NCBI GenBank assembly: GCA_038042445.1
Contig: JBBTED010000021.1
Span: forward strand, 76,024 to 140,023
Direction of reading: 5' to 3'
From: Candidatus Firestoneibacteriota bacterium
GTDB lineage: Bacteria; Oederibacteriota; D2-FULL-39-29; JBBTED01
DNA: 64,000 nt
Under the pieces are notes generated by a model. That model saw only the letters and a program-made list of their open reading frames with translations. It had not been told where the DNA came from and ran no database searches. Numbering within the stretch: position 1 is the first letter of the stretch; each line of letters begins with the position of its first letter. Both the position numbers and the translations under genes were made by a program. Below are positions 9,107 to 20,332 of this stretch, piece after piece.

Positions 9107-11551
9107 TTATTTCAACATTGCTTTTGCTTTAATTATATTTTCTTTTGCGTCTTTATGGCTTGGATTAATTTGTAGCGCTTTCTCCCAGCAGGAAATTGCT
9201 GTTTTTAAATCGCCTTTTCGTCCATAGGCGCTTCCCAAATTATTATATGCATCTGGATTATTTGAATCAAGTTTAATTGTTATACTAAACTCCCTGATAG
9301 CATCTTCAACTTTTCCCTTAGAATAATATATTATACCCAAATTACTATGCGCCTTTTTATGGTTTTGATTAAGCCCAAGGACACGTATATATTTCTCTTC
9401 CGCCAAATCTAATTTCCCCTGTTCCAAATACATATCTCCAATATTGCAATGTGCATCTGCCTGTTCAGGATTTAATTTAATTGCTACATTATACTCATCA
9501 TACGCTTCTTTTCTCTGTCCTGTTTTATAATAAACATTCCCTAAATTATTATGCGCATCTGCATAATCTTGTTCAAGTCCTATTGCCTTTCTAAAATTAA
9601 CCATTGCTCTATCAAATTCTTCTTTTTCTAAATACGCAACTCCAAGATTATTATACGCAATTGCATTTTTAGGATTTGCTGCAACTATTCTTTCGTAGTC
9701 TTTTATAGCTTCGTCTTTATTTCCTCTTAAAACTGACAGTGAAGCTAAATTACTTTGCATCCATTCAATATTACGAGCAAGTTCCATAGCTTTCCTATAA
9801 TTTTCATTGGATTTATCATTTTCTTTAGTGTAATGGTAATATTCACCTAAACCAAAATAATATCTTGCCACCATTTCTCGCGCCAAAAAATCTGACAATA
9901 TTTCTGAATCATTTATGCCATTTAATTCATAATTTTTCCAGTAATTTTTATTTTTTACACTATCCTCTTCCCAAGGTCTAATAACCCTGTATAAAACACC
10001 TGCAGGCATTGTAATTAAACCCTGTATTTTTTGCATATTACTTCCTAAAGTAAAAAATATTGGCTCTTTTCTTGAATTAATTATTTCTTTCTGCTTATCT
10101 CTCATTTTTTTATCACGTTCAGATTTATCCATAAAAAGCAAACCCTCACCATAAATATTTGTAAAAATACAACCGAAGTCATCATAAATAGTAACATCAT
10201 TTCGGACACCTTCTGCCAATCTAAGGTATGAAAGTAGAAATACAGGATTATCACCTCTTGAAAATAATATGGAATTTGGTTCTAAAGTCCGCAAAATATT
10301 ATTTGCAAAATTATATGCCACATAATTTTTACTCTTATCATTAACCGAATAATTATGTTTAAAAGACAGTATCAACAGAACAAAAAGAATACCCATTAAA
10401 CCAATCCGTATAAATTTATAGTTTGTCTTCGAAATATCCCACAAATATTTGATTCCAAATGTTATCCATATTAAAATAATAACGTATGATGGAATAAAAA
10501 ATATCTGAACCAAATAAAGATCCTTTTCTATTATTTTAAAGTTCAAAAGCAATATAAAACCTATACTCAAAAAAAGAAATGCGATTACAGAAAAAATCAA
10601 ATATTTTTTGTCATAAACTATCTTCAGAAAACCAAAAATAATAAATACAAGCAAAAAAGGATTAAACTGATCAAATAAAAAATTTGCATAAGCAAAGCAT
10701 TGTTTTAAAAATAACGCTATAGACCTTGGCTCTTTAGCCAAAACCCCATATTGTTTCCGCAAAACGTGAAATATAAAATTATTAAATGAATCAGGATTCC
10801 CCCAATCCAATAACGGATTTGCCAAAGAACGAATTGGCAGATACATTTGTATACATATACCTAACAAAAAAAATCCGATTATTTTATAAATCCCCCTCGA
10901 CCCATCTTTTAGATGGGTGCCCCGCCCTTTTTCAAAGGGGGAACTACTATTTTCTTTATTATTAAGTAAAAGATACAGCACAAGAAGAGGCGCAAATAAC
11001 GTCATTGTATGATGGGCAGCTAAACTAACACCATAGACTAATGAAAGCAAATAAAGATATTTATCCCCATCTACATTTCTTACTAAACTATTCTTCCATA
11101 ACATTAAAATGTACAATTCAAGAATAACAAAAAATGTAGTTATTATATATACTTCAGAAACCACTATTTGCGACCAAAAACTATTTGAAAACGCAAAATA
11201 TAACGCTATTACTCCTGAAATAAAAACAATAGTATTGTCTATTGAAATTTTTAAAATTATTGTTAATGTTAGAATCAATAATTTATAGAATATAAAAACC
11301 GATACTGCTGCAAAAAATGCATTCATCAAATTGACTTGAAATGCAATACTGCCAAATGGCAAAAAAGTAAATATTTTTCCGAATATACAAAACAGTGGGT
11401 AGCCAGGAGGATGAGGAATACCGAGTGTATAAGCGCCAACAACAAGCTCACCATTATCACCAACAAAAACTGTCGGGCATATAGTTTTTAAAAACACGAA
11501 AAACGAGATGAGAAATATAAGAATTCCAAATATAAGAATTTTTGTTTTCAT
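9107..11551 (-). CDS. DUF2723-TPR membrane protein, tandem paralogue of 6477-8936
   Basis: GDNGEL...LGIPHPPGYPLF, SEVY, YLPIRS...DWGNP, GDN, TPR array. Confidence 0.85.
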   Translation of the reverse strand: MKTKILIFGILIFLISFFVFLKTICPTVFVGDNGELVVGAYTLGIPHPPGYPLFCIFGKIFTFLPFGSIAFQVNLMNAFFAAVSVFIFYKLLILTLTIILKISIDNTIVFISGVIALYFAFSNSFWSQIVVSEVYIITTFFVILELYILMLWKNSLVRNVDGDKYLYLLSLVYGVSLAAHHTMTLFAPLLVLYLLLNNKENSSSPFEKGRGTHLKDGSRGIYKIIGFFLLGICIQMYLPIRSLANPLLDWGNPDSFNNFIFHVLRKQYGVLAKEPRSIALFLKQCFAYANFLFDQFNPFLLVFIIFGFLKIVYDKKYLIFSVIAFLFLSIGFILLLNFKIIEKDLYLVQIFFIPSYVIILIWITFGIKYLWDISKTNYKFIRIGLMGILFVLLILSFKHNYSVNDKSKNYVAYNFANNILRTLEPNSILFSRGDNPVFLLSYLRLAEGVRNDVTIYDDFGCIFTNIYGEGLLFMDKSERDKKMRDKQKEIINSRKEPIFFTLGSNMQKIQGLITMPAGVLYRVIRPWEEDSVKNKNYWKNYELNGINDSEILSDFLAREMVARYYFGLGEYYHYTKENDKSNENYRKAMELARNIEWMQSNLASLSVLRGNKDEAIKDYERIVAANPKNAIAYNNLGVAYLEKEEFDRAMVNFRKAIGLEQDYADAHNNLGNVYYKTGQRKEAYDEYNVAIKLNPEQADAHCNIGDMYLEQGKLDLAEEKYIRVLGLNQNHKKAHSNLGIIYYSKGKVEDAIREFSITIKLDSNNPDAYNNLGSAYGRKGDLKTAISCWEKALQINPSHKDAKENIIKAKAMLK
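10888..10942. repeat. Palindromic repeat family C with nested hairpin, in frame inside the CDS
   Basis: AAATCCCCCT...CCCTTTTTCAAAGGGGGA resembles 22931-22976 and 26190-26236; translated as SPFEKGRGTHLKDGSRGI. Confidence 0.8.
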
Positions 11552-11584
11552 TTTTTATCAGAAACGGACAACATGTTTAACATC

Positions 11585-11648
11585 GTAGTTGCCGATTTAT
11601 CGGCATTATTCAAAACAATGACCACAACGCCCATAAATGGGCAACTAC
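11585..11648. repeat. REPIN-like inverted doublet of family B1
   Basis: GTAGTTGCCGATTTATCGGCA...CGCCCATAAATGGGCAACTAC. Confidence 0.85.
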
Positions 11649-11657
11649 ATTGTCTAA

Positions 11658-12911
11658 TTAGGCAGTCTTTTCTTCGCGGTTTTTTTCAAATACTAAAACA
11701 GGTTCTTCTCTATTCGTAATAGTACGTTCAGTAATAACACACTCTTTAACATTAGTTAAAGATGGCAATTCATACATTGCATTTAACATTACATCTTCAA
11801 TTATAAAACGCAAACCTCTTGCTCCTGTTTTCCTTTTTAATGCCTCTTTAGCAACTACAGCTAATGCTTCATCAGTAATTTTAAGCTTAACGTTTTCCAT
11901 AGCAAAAAACTTCTTATATTGTTTAATTAATGCATTTTTCGGTTCTACCAATATTTTAATTAAAGCTTTCTCATCTAAATTATGTAAACCTGCCATTATA
12001 GGAAGTCTGCCTACAAATTCCGGTATAAATCCAAAATTAAGTAAATCTTCAGGCTGAACATTCATTAACATTTCTTTTTGATTTTTTTCTGACTTTGATT
12101 TGAGTTTTGCTGAAAATCCAAAACTTCCCTGACCTAATCTTTTTTCTACAATATTATCAAGACCAACAAATGCACCACCACAAATAAACAAAATATTGGT
12201 TGTATTTACTTTTATATATTCCTGTTGTGGATGTTTTCGCCCACCTTGTGGAGGAACATTTGCTATTGTTCCTTCTAATATTTTTAGTAATGCCTGCTGC
12301 ACTCCTTCTCCTGAAACATCCCGGGTAATTGAAGGATTTTCCGATTTTCTTGTAATCTTATCTATTTCATCTATATAAATTATGCCACGCTGGGCATATT
12401 CAACATTATAATTTGCATTCTGAAGCAAACGCAAAATTATATTTTCCACATCTTCACCAACATATCCCGCTTCTGTAAGACTTGTAGCATCTACAATTGC
12501 AAATGGAACATTTAATAATTTTGCAAGTGTTTGTGCAAGCAAGGTCTTTCCTGTACCTGTAGGACCAATTAAAAGTATATTGCTTTTCTGTAGCTCAACA
12601 TCTGATTTATTAGCATTTGCGAAAATTCTTTTATAATGATTATGAACAGCTACAGCTAATATTTTTTTGGCATGTTCCTGATCAATACAATATTGATCAA
12701 GAAATTCTTTTATTTCTTTTGGCTTAGGTATATGTCCAAACTTGGAATGTTCTTCAGCTATTAAATCTTCTGCCATTATTTCATTGCATAACAAAATACA
12801 TTCATTGCAGACATACACTGAAGGGCCTGCTACAAGACGCTTCACTTCCATCTGGGTTTTGCCACAGAAAGAACATCTAATTAAACCTTTAACATTCGCT
12901 GAACTTACCAT
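11658..12911 (-). CDS. clpX: ATP-dependent Clp protease ATP-binding subunit ClpX
   Basis: CSFCGK zinc-binding domain, [36 protein letters not shown]. Confidence 0.98.
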   Translation of the reverse strand: MVSSANVKGLIRCSFCGKTQMEVKRLVAGPSVYVCNECILLCNEIMAEDLIAEEHSKFGHIPKPKEIKEFLDQYCIDQEHAKKILAVAVHNHYKRIFANANKSDVELQKSNILLIGPTGTGKTLLAQTLAKLLNVPFAIVDATSLTEAGYVGEDVENIILRLLQNANYNVEYAQRGIIYIDEIDKITRKSENPSITRDVSGEGVQQALLKILEGTIANVPPQGGRKHPQQEYIKVNTTNILFICGGAFVGLDNIVEKRLGQGSFGFSAKLKSKSEKNQKEMLMNVQPEDLLNFGFIPEFVGRLPIMAGLHNLDEKALIKILVEPKNALIKQYKKFFAMENVKLKITDEALAVVAKEALKRKTGARGLRFIIEDVMLNAMYELPSLTNVKECVITERTITNREEPVLVFEKNREEKTA

Positions 12912-12915
12912 AGGA

Positions 12916-13500
12916 TTATTTTCTTGTTACTATTACCTCATCCACTATTCCATACAATTTTGCTTCGTCAGCAGTCATAAAAAAATCCCTTTCAGTATTC
13001 TTTTGTATTATTTCAAGAGTCTGACCTGTATGTTTCACAAGAAGACCATTTAATTCTGATCTCATCCTGAGTATTTCTTTTGCCTGAATATCAATATCTG
13101 TTGCCTGTCCCTGAACTCCACCAAGAGGCTGATGAATCAATATACGAGAATGTGGCAGTGAAAAACGCCTGCCTTTACACCCAGCACATAGAAGTAACGC
13201 TCCCATACTTGCTGCCTGACCAATACATATTGTAGATATAGGAGATTTTATATATTGCATTGTATCATAAATTGCAAGACCTGCAGTAACAATACCACCA
13301 GGACTATTTATATACATAGATATTTCTTTTTCTGGCTCTTCACCTTCAAGAAATAAAAGCTGAGCAATAATTAAATCTGCGATTTGGTCATCAATTGCTG
13401 TTCCAATAAATACTATTCTTTCTTTTAATAAACGAGAAAAAATATCGTACGCTCTTTCACCACGAGTAGTTTGTTCCACAACCATTGGTATAAGTGCCAT
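12916..13500 (-). CDS. clpP: ATP-dependent Clp protease proteolytic subunit
   Basis: [29 protein letters not shown]. Confidence 0.98.
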   Translation of the reverse strand: MALIPMVVEQTTRGERAYDIFSRLLKERIVFIGTAIDDQIADLIIAQLLFLEGEEPEKEISMYINSPGGIVTAGLAIYDTMQYIKSPISTICIGQAASMGALLLCAGCKGRRFSLPHSRILIHQPLGGVQGQATDIDIQAKEILRMRSELNGLLVKHTGQTLEIIQKNTERDFFMTADEAKLYGIVDEVIVTRK

Positions 13501-13535
13501 TTTAAAACCCTCCCCTTTTTAAATTTTTTTGAAAA

Positions 13536-14864
13536 CTATTTTGATGCTAACTCTTTTTGAAGTTCTGAAATTGTATTAATTTTTACACTTGAAAATAAAA
13601 GCTCTCTTACCTTTTCAATCAGCAAATCTTCTTTTACAGTTTCTCTTCCTCTGGAAGAATGCAAATATCCTGATGCATTATCTAAACGTTCTTTATTTCT
13701 TGAAAAATGCGTTAGAATATTTTCAATTTCCTTATTTATTTCATCTTCGGCAACTGTGATATTTTCAATTTTTGCAATTTCAAATAATATAAAACTTCCA
13801 CGAACTCTTTTTTCTGCCATTACCTTCCATTTTTCTTTTAATTCCTCTTCAGTAGTTTTTAAAGTTTCAAATGTAAACTTTTCTCTTTCCATTCTTTCTT
13901 TCAAATTTGAAATCATATTCTCAAGTTCCTGCAAAACAAAAGGTTCTGGAATTTCAAATACATTTTCATCTATAAGAACATCCAATATTTTATTCTTTGC
14001 TTCTTGCTTAAATTTTGTCTCTTTCTCTCCAAGAATATCTTTTTCTATTTTTTTGGTAAGCTCCTCTATGCTTTTATAATCGCCTAAATCCTTAGCAAAT
14101 TCATCATCTAAATTAGGCAATTTCTTTTCCCGTATCGATTTAATTTTAACCTTAAAAGTACACTGTTTTCCAGCTAACTCTTTATTTGCAAAATCCTCAG
14201 GAAATTTAGTAGAAACTTCACGTTCTTCATTTATTTTAGCGCCAATTAAACCTTCTTCAAAATCCGGCATAAATTTTCCAGTGCCGGTTTCAAGAAAATA
14301 ATCTTTCGCCTGAAGATCTTTTAACTGTTTACCATCTATATAACCCGTAAAATCAATCACCACACAATCATTTAGTTTTAATTCCCTATCTTCAACTGGA
14401 ACAAATTCAGCACCCTGTTGCTGTAAATATTTCAAAACATTATCTATTTCTTTAGAATCAATTTCTGCTTTTGGCATATCTATATTTATTTCTTTATATT
14501 TTTTTATCTTAAACTCTGACAAAACATATACAGTCACTGTAAAAAACAATGATTTGCCTTCTTCATATTTTAAATCGGCAATACTTGGAACCACTATAGG
14601 TGTATATTTTAACTTTTCCAATGCTTCACCACAAATTTCAGGAATAACTTTATCTAACATTTCTTGTCTTGCTGTTTCCTTAAAATGAGTCACAACCATT
14701 TCTTTAGGAACTTTTCCAGGCCTAAAACCCGGCAAAGATGCAACAGTCTGCAATTTATCAAAAGTATTTTTAAGTTCCTTCTCTACCTCTTCAGCAGGCA
14801 TTTCAACTGTAAAAACCTTTTTCGTTGGCTTGTCTTCTACTACATTAGTTTTAAATTTTTCCAT
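13536..14864 (-). CDS. tig: Trigger factor
   Basis: PGFRPGKVP ribosome-binding motif, FKBP domain, tig-clpP-clpX order. Start taken as ATG 14864. Confidence 0.95.
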   Translation of the reverse strand: MEKFKTNVVEDKPTKKVFTVEMPAEEVEKELKNTFDKLQTVASLPGFRPGKVPKEMVVTHFKETARQEMLDKVIPEICGEALEKLKYTPIVVPSIADLKYEEGKSLFFTVTVYVLSEFKIKKYKEINIDMPKAEIDSKEIDNVLKYLQQQGAEFVPVEDRELKLNDCVVIDFTGYIDGKQLKDLQAKDYFLETGTGKFMPDFEEGLIGAKINEEREVSTKFPEDFANKELAGKQCTFKVKIKSIREKKLPNLDDEFAKDLGDYKSIEELTKKIEKDILGEKETKFKQEAKNKILDVLIDENVFEIPEPFVLQELENMISNLKERMEREKFTFETLKTTEEELKEKWKVMAEKRVRGSFILFEIAKIENITVAEDEINKEIENILTHFSRNKERLDNASGYLHSSRGRETVKEDLLIEKVRELLFSSVKINTISELQKELASK

Positions 14865-14951
14865 ATATATGGTTTCACCATTCCCTTCGGTCAATTTTTA
14901 AAACATCACTATACCTGCAATAAATACCGTTGTCAACAGAAATCCCTTTGG

Positions 14952-16474
14952 TTATTGTAATTGTTTGAATTCACTATTTTGAAAAGTCAAGATAGTAATT
15001 TGTCTTTGCAACTCACCATTTCCAGTATATGACGTAATTCCTGTAATGCCACCAAAATCTTTAATATTACAAATTGCATTTCTAATTAGCTCTTTTTCTC
15101 TATTTCCTTCAGCAAAACATTTAATAAATATTCCTGCTGTATCATAGCCATAAGCTGAAAGTGAATCTGGTTCGTATGCATATTTTTTTATAAACATTTT
15201 AACAAATTTTTTTACATTTTCAGATTCACTATTTTCAAAAAAACTCAAGCTGAAAGTTGACCTTTCTAAAATATCCGATATCTGTTTCAGAGCAATTTTA
15301 TCATACCACCTGCTACATCCAAGAAAAATTAGTTTCATATCAAAAAATACAAGTTGTGGCAAAATCAAAATTACATCTTCCGCTTTTGCAGGTATATAAA
15401 TTGCCTCTACAGATTTTTCATTAACTACTTGTTTTGGCTTACGCTCAAAAAGTTTGAATTTTAAATCCTTCGTTTTGCCAGAACTAACATTTATAACAGA
15501 AATTTTTAATGAAAAATTCATACTTATGGGGACATCATTCCCTTTAGTCGTTTGCGTATCTTCAAAAACTTCACCAGAAATTATAAATTCTGAATTTTTA
15601 TTATTATCTTCGACTAAATCAATAGTTTTTTCTCTACCAAGCATATATCTGAATTTTGAAAAAATATTGCGGTGTAAATCTCCTATATCATCTCCTGTTC
15701 CAACAAAATTAGCTAATAGCACTTGAATAGGTTTATCTTTAATATCTAAAATTGACAGTATATTTTTAGTAGCTTCTTCAACTTTTCCTTGTATGATATT
15801 ACGCTCTTTATCAGCTTCAGACTTCATAATTTTAGGATCAATTCCACCTATTACAAGTATTTGCTCTCTAAAATCAGTAGTTCCCTGCTCATAAGTTTCT
15901 ACCTGTGAATACTCTATATCCAAATTTATAGTTTCATTTATAAATGCCTGAGTAAGTCTTTTGCCTAAAAAATCATCAGGTGAAATAACTGCAACTTTTT
16001 TTACTCCCAATGTTTTAACTGCATAATCAGCTATCAGTTTCCCTTCACACTCTGGAGTCAGAGAGTTTCTAAACACATAAGCTCTATTATTTGTAAATTC
16101 TGCTAATTGAACTGTAGGAGAAATAGCTGAAATCTTTGCATTTTCAATTATTTCAGCAGCTTCAAGTGAATAAGAATTTAGAATAGGACCAATTATACCT
16201 ATCACAGACTTTTCTAAAATTATTTCATTTAGCGCTTGTTTAATAGACTCTTTATCATCCTTAGTATCTTTAACAAGTAATCCTATTTTTTCCACATCAG
16301 GTAATAAATTATATTCTTCCAATGCAAGCTGAACACCTCTTAATACTCTACTACCACTTTCTCCAAAATCACCACTTAATGGCCCTATATATGCCAAATT
16401 ATAATCTTGAGCAAACATTGAATCTCCAATAAAAACTATACTTAAAAATACTACTATCTTAATTTTCTCAAACA
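14952..16474 (-). CDS. Periplasmic binding-fold protein (LpoA/LppC-like or branched-chain amino acid SBP-like) with an inserted domain
   Basis: Signal peptide MFEKIKIVVFLSIVF, GPLSG, IIGPI, AYGYD, GITG. The ORF-track N-terminus runs through a REP and was trimmed. Confidence 0.7.
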
Positions 16475-16492
16475 TATTTAAGTTAGTTAAAA

Positions 16493-16513
16493 CGCCGATA
16501 AATCGGCAACTAC
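16493..16513. repeat. GTAG-type REP palindrome (family B1)
   Basis: CGCCGATAAATCGGCAACTAC. Confidence 0.85.
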
Positions 16514-16534
16514 ATAATTCGTTTTGCGTTTTAT

Positions 16535-18715
16535 TCATACATGCCACATTATTGCTTCATATTCAACAGTTGGAACTAATACATCTATTACACCTTTCAA
16601 CGGCCACCGTTCAATTTCATCATCACCTTTTTTAATACTCAACAAAATTCTGATTTTATCTTCAGGTTTCACAAGAAGAGCAGCAAATGGAATTTTTATT
16701 TCAATTATTTTCTTTATTGCACAATGAATAGAAGAATTTTCTATATCCTGCCAGACATCATTAACCAATCTAAAAAAACAAAACTGACAGGATTGTTCTT
16801 TTTCTGATGGAATTTTTAATCTCAATTTTTGCACAACAGGTTCAACAAAATTAATTTCAAAAACAAAATCCTGCATAAATTTATCAGATAATTTTAAATT
16901 AGTATCTATCCGTAAAAACAACATATCCAAATTAAATCCATAATAAATTCCTTTGGTAATGGTCTCTGCCCTGTGCATTGTACCACCAATTTTACTAACA
17001 TCATAGAATCCTGCTGAAGACCACTCATAAAAATTAGAAATTCCACCATCAATTATTGGATTTATCAACCCCGCTGGCATTAAAGTTGGAGATATTACTT
17101 TTTCTTCAAGTATTGGAACAAATAACTGTGCTGGTATATCCAAATCTAAAAACTCATAAACATTCATAAGATGTTTTCTGTATAAGCTGTCAAACTCCTC
17201 ATCATTTGCAGAACTATGATCATCGCCAAACCACCAACACCAATCACTTCCTTCTGCAATATAAATTTCCTCCCATGCAAGTTTCGACTTTTCATTTTTT
17301 TGAGTTTTCTCATATTCAACTAAAGCATCTCTTGTTTCTTTCAAATACCTCCATGCCTGCTGATCTTCATGATGCCCAATCCAAATATGAAAATTACTAT
17401 TTATCCATGAACCTGGGAATAATTGAGTTAAAGTATCACGATACGGCACTGCATTTAAAAATTCACTTACTGTTACAAGTTTAAATTCCGGATTATTATT
17501 TAATTTAGAATATAATGACATAAGAAAATCCCTGCCATCATTTTTATAATATTCCCACGCGTTTTCACCATCTAAAGCAATACAAACTAAATGTTCATTT
17601 TGCTCGCCTGCAACATTATTTCTAATTTCACGAAGTTTAGAAATAAAATGTTCTGATGCCACATTTGGGTCCCATTTTGAATACACAAAACCTATTGCAT
17701 CTGAAAGATTATGGTCACGAAAAATAATGTCTAATTTATTTCCATCTTTTACTATACGATATGGCTTATATAAAGGATATCCCTGTAATTTAGATTGCGA
17801 AATAGATCTAAACAATATTTCTTCATCTGTTGCAATCCATTTTATCCCTGCTTTTGCAAGAATAGGAACAATGCTATCACTTACACTTCCCTCTGAAGGC
17901 CACATTCCTTTTGGTTCAATTCCAAAATGCTCTTTATGAAAAGAAATTGCTTTTTTTACTTGCGATTGTGCATCCTCAGGATGTGAAAATTTTAAGTCAT
18001 CAATATTTAAATTTGGCTGTGAAACCTTAGCAATATTTGTATCACACAAAAGCGGAAGTATCGGGTGATAAAATGGAGAAGTAGTTAATTCTATTTGTCC
18101 TATATCAGATAATTTTTTATATTCCAAAACTATTTTAGATAAAACTTCCCTTTGTTTTTGTATTACAATTTCTTTATCTTTTTCCTTGTAATTTTTTCCT
18201 TTTGTTGCCAATTCCTTAAGAGCAGAATCTGTATTTAAAAAAACTGGGTCAAACCATGCTAAATTAAACCAAACCTGCAAATCTAAAAAATCCTGAGTTG
18301 TAAAATTTTTATGTTCTCTTGCAAGTTCTTTTTCTGAAAAATAATATCCCCGTTTTTCCAATAAATCTGCATAACGTGGATGAATTTTTATCATAGTATC
18401 CCAATTTACCATAAAGAAATTTTTTAAAATAAATATTTTTTCTTCATTTGCTAAATCTTTAGCAGGTTTAATTGTTAAATCAAGAAAAATATCTGTGGCG
18501 GTATTATTTACATAATCTTCAATCTGCGAAATCAAAGATGGAACTAAATTAAAAGTTTGATGAATATTGGGAAATTCTTCAAGAATTGCCACCATATCAT
18601 AATAATCTTTTATTCCATGAAGTCTAACCCATGGCATTAGTAATTTGTTGCTTAATAAATCTTTATAATATGGCTGATGCATATGCCATAAAAATGCAAC
18701 ATATAAAGGTTTCAT
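16535..18715 (-). CDS. Glycoside hydrolase family 57 (amylopullulanase-like)
   Basis: WHMHQP, PFYHPILPLL, GMWPSEG, LDGENAWEYY, AEGSDWCWW. Confidence 0.92.
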   Translation of the reverse strand: MKPLYVAFLWHMHQPYYKDLLSNKLLMPWVRLHGIKDYYDMVAILEEFPNIHQTFNLVPSLISQIEDYVNNTATDIFLDLTIKPAKDLANEEKIFILKNFFMVNWDTMIKIHPRYADLLEKRGYYFSEKELAREHKNFTTQDFLDLQVWFNLAWFDPVFLNTDSALKELATKGKNYKEKDKEIVIQKQREVLSKIVLEYKKLSDIGQIELTTSPFYHPILPLLCDTNIAKVSQPNLNIDDLKFSHPEDAQSQVKKAISFHKEHFGIEPKGMWPSEGSVSDSIVPILAKAGIKWIATDEEILFRSISQSKLQGYPLYKPYRIVKDGNKLDIIFRDHNLSDAIGFVYSKWDPNVASEHFISKLREIRNNVAGEQNEHLVCIALDGENAWEYYKNDGRDFLMSLYSKLNNNPEFKLVTVSEFLNAVPYRDTLTQLFPGSWINSNFHIWIGHHEDQQAWRYLKETRDALVEYEKTQKNEKSKLAWEEIYIAEGSDWCWWFGDDHSSANDEEFDSLYRKHLMNVYEFLDLDIPAQLFVPILEEKVISPTLMPAGLINPIIDGGISNFYEWSSAGFYDVSKIGGTMHRAETITKGIYYGFNLDMLFLRIDTNLKLSDKFMQDFVFEINFVEPVVQKLRLKIPSEKEQSCQFCFFRLVNDVWQDIENSSIHCAIKKIIEIKIPFAALLVKPEDKIRILLSIKKGDDEIERWPLKGVIDVLVPTVEYEAIMWHV

Positions 18716-19371
18716 TTTGGAAGTTTAACTTGTGCCTTTGTTGCCCATAGAGATTTGGGATATCTCTGTGCTATTTCACGATAAGTATCAATTGCCTCAT
18801 TTTGTTTTCCTGATTTTTCAAAACAACGGGCAATATTTATTGATATTTCTCCATTTCTATACTCCATATTTTTTATTTTGGATGCTTTACGATAAAAATC
18901 TATTGCAGAATCCATGTTTCCTTTTTCTTCTTCTACAAAACCAATACCTTCCAATACATACGATTTAGTTAATCTATCAGGAGATTTTGTTAAAGATTTA
19001 TTGTAACATTCCAAAGCTTTATCATATCTACCTGCCACATAGTAACAATTTCCTGCACGATATAATGCTAAAGCGTTATATTTACTTGATGGATAAGTTT
19101 CCACTAGCTTTTCATACTGTAATACTGCATCCTGAATATTGCCTGCAAGGTAATTTTGATCTGCTTGTGCAAAAACAATAAGTGATTTTTTGTTTGTATT
19201 TACTTTATTAATTAGATAAAAACCCAAACAAATAACAACTATTCCTAAAGTTATACCAACTTTTACAAGTTTGTCTTTGTTTTCTTTAAAAAATCCTTTT
19301 GAAAATTGATATACATCAGAAATAACAGCAAAAAGTCCATCCTTTTTTAAAATACTTTTTTCCATATTCAC
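18712..19371 (-). CDS. Membrane-anchored TPR protein (YfgM-like)
   Basis: Single N-terminal transmembrane helix followed by TPRs with YPxS motifs. Confidence 0.7.
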   Translation of the reverse strand: MNMEKSILKKDGLFAVISDVYQFSKGFFKENKDKLVKVGITLGIVVICLGFYLINKVNTNKKSLIVFAQADQNYLAGNIQDAVLQYEKLVETYPSSKYNALALYRAGNCYYVAGRYDKALECYNKSLTKSPDRLTKSYVLEGIGFVEEEKGNMDSAIDFYRKASKIKNMEYRNGEISINIARCFEKSGKQNEAIDTYREIAQRYPKSLWATKAQVKLPK

Positions 19372-20021
19372 TCCAATCTTTTAATTAACTTCTGCATATT
19401 AGAAAATATTTTTTTAATTTCATTTTTTGACAATCCAGCACCGATAAATATATTATGCAAACTTAATTTTGTTACTAAATTAGAAGGCGAATGGGTATCA
19501 GAACCAAAAGACAGATTTGCTCCAATTTTTTTTGCCAATTTCGCAACATGCCCATTTGTAAGTGAATGTCCGGCTTTACCGGATATCTCCAAAAAGATAT
19601 TTTTCTTTTTCGCCAATTTTACTTCTTCTTCTGTTATTAAACCTGGATGCGCCAATATATTTATATCAGATTGCAACGCACAAATATTCGTTCCTTTGGC
19701 AACTGGTTCAACAATAGTTTCACCATGAACAAGTATAATTTTCGCACCTAAATTTCTTATTTCTTTTGCTAATTTCTGTATTGCTTGTGGTGGAACATGA
19801 GTTATTTCAGCACCCGGAATTAATTTCATTCCAAAATATTTTTGGTAATTACTGCAAAATTTTATTATTGCCGGAACTACTATACTAAAATTAGACACAT
19901 CCACATGGTCAGTAATCCCAAGAACTTTATACCCCAAAATATCAGCTCTTCGTGCTAACTCAGAAGGCAACAAAGCACCATCACTAAAAACCGTATGTGA
20001 ATGAAAATCAATTATCTCCAT
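19368..20021 (-). CDS. PHP-domain phosphoesterase (histidinol-phosphatase-like)
   Basis: DFHSHTVFSDG, ITDH, AHPG, GSDTH. Confidence 0.88.
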   Translation of the reverse strand: MEIIDFHSHTVFSDGALLPSELARRADILGYKVLGITDHVDVSNFSIVVPAIIKFCSNYQKYFGMKLIPGAEITHVPPQAIQKLAKEIRNLGAKIILVHGETIVEPVAKGTNICALQSDINILAHPGLITEEEVKLAKKKNIFLEISGKAGHSLTNGHVAKLAKKIGANLSFGSDTHSPSNLVTKLSLHNIFIGAGLSKNEIKKIFSNMQKLIKRLE

Positions 20022-20072
20022 AAATATCTCCTTCTTCTACTATATCATAAGTGCTACAGACTATCCACTATT

Positions 20073-20098
20073 ATTGACAGACGAAACGTCCGTCCTAC
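20073..20098 (-). repeat. GTAG-type REP (family B3) just downstream of tRNA-Arg
   Basis: Minus strand GTAGGACGGACGTTTCGTCTGTCAAT; near-identical copy at 43962-43987. Confidence 0.8.
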
Positions 20099-20108
20099 GA
20101 TTTATAAA

Positions 20109-20185
20109 TGGTGCGCCTGAGAGGAGTTGAACCTCCGGCACGCGGTTTAGGAAACCGCTGCTCTATCCAACTGAGCTACAGGCGC
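20109..20185 (-). tRNA. tRNA-Arg (CCT)
   Basis: GCGCCTGTAGCTCAGTTGGATAGAGCAGCGGTTTCCTAAACCGCGTGCCGGAGGTTCAACTCCTCTCAGGCGCACCA folds as a cloverleaf; anticodon loop TTCCTAA; encoded CCA. Confidence 0.96.
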
Positions 20186-20332
20186 AAAAAATCATTACCT
20201 TTCTACAAGTATAAACGCATTTGTTTGCCTATAGTATAAAATACAATGATTTTCCTGTAAAGAAGAAAAATTTTATTAATTACCTTGTAAATTGATAAAC
20301 AGAATAAATCGCTTGAATAGAATTATTAAATT

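Noticed and set aside
6477..9800. ~102-bp periodicity in TPR-coding regions as a possible DNA repeat array or DGR target
   Set aside because: Explained by protein-level TPR repeats; no reverse transcriptase or template/variable repeat pair seen.
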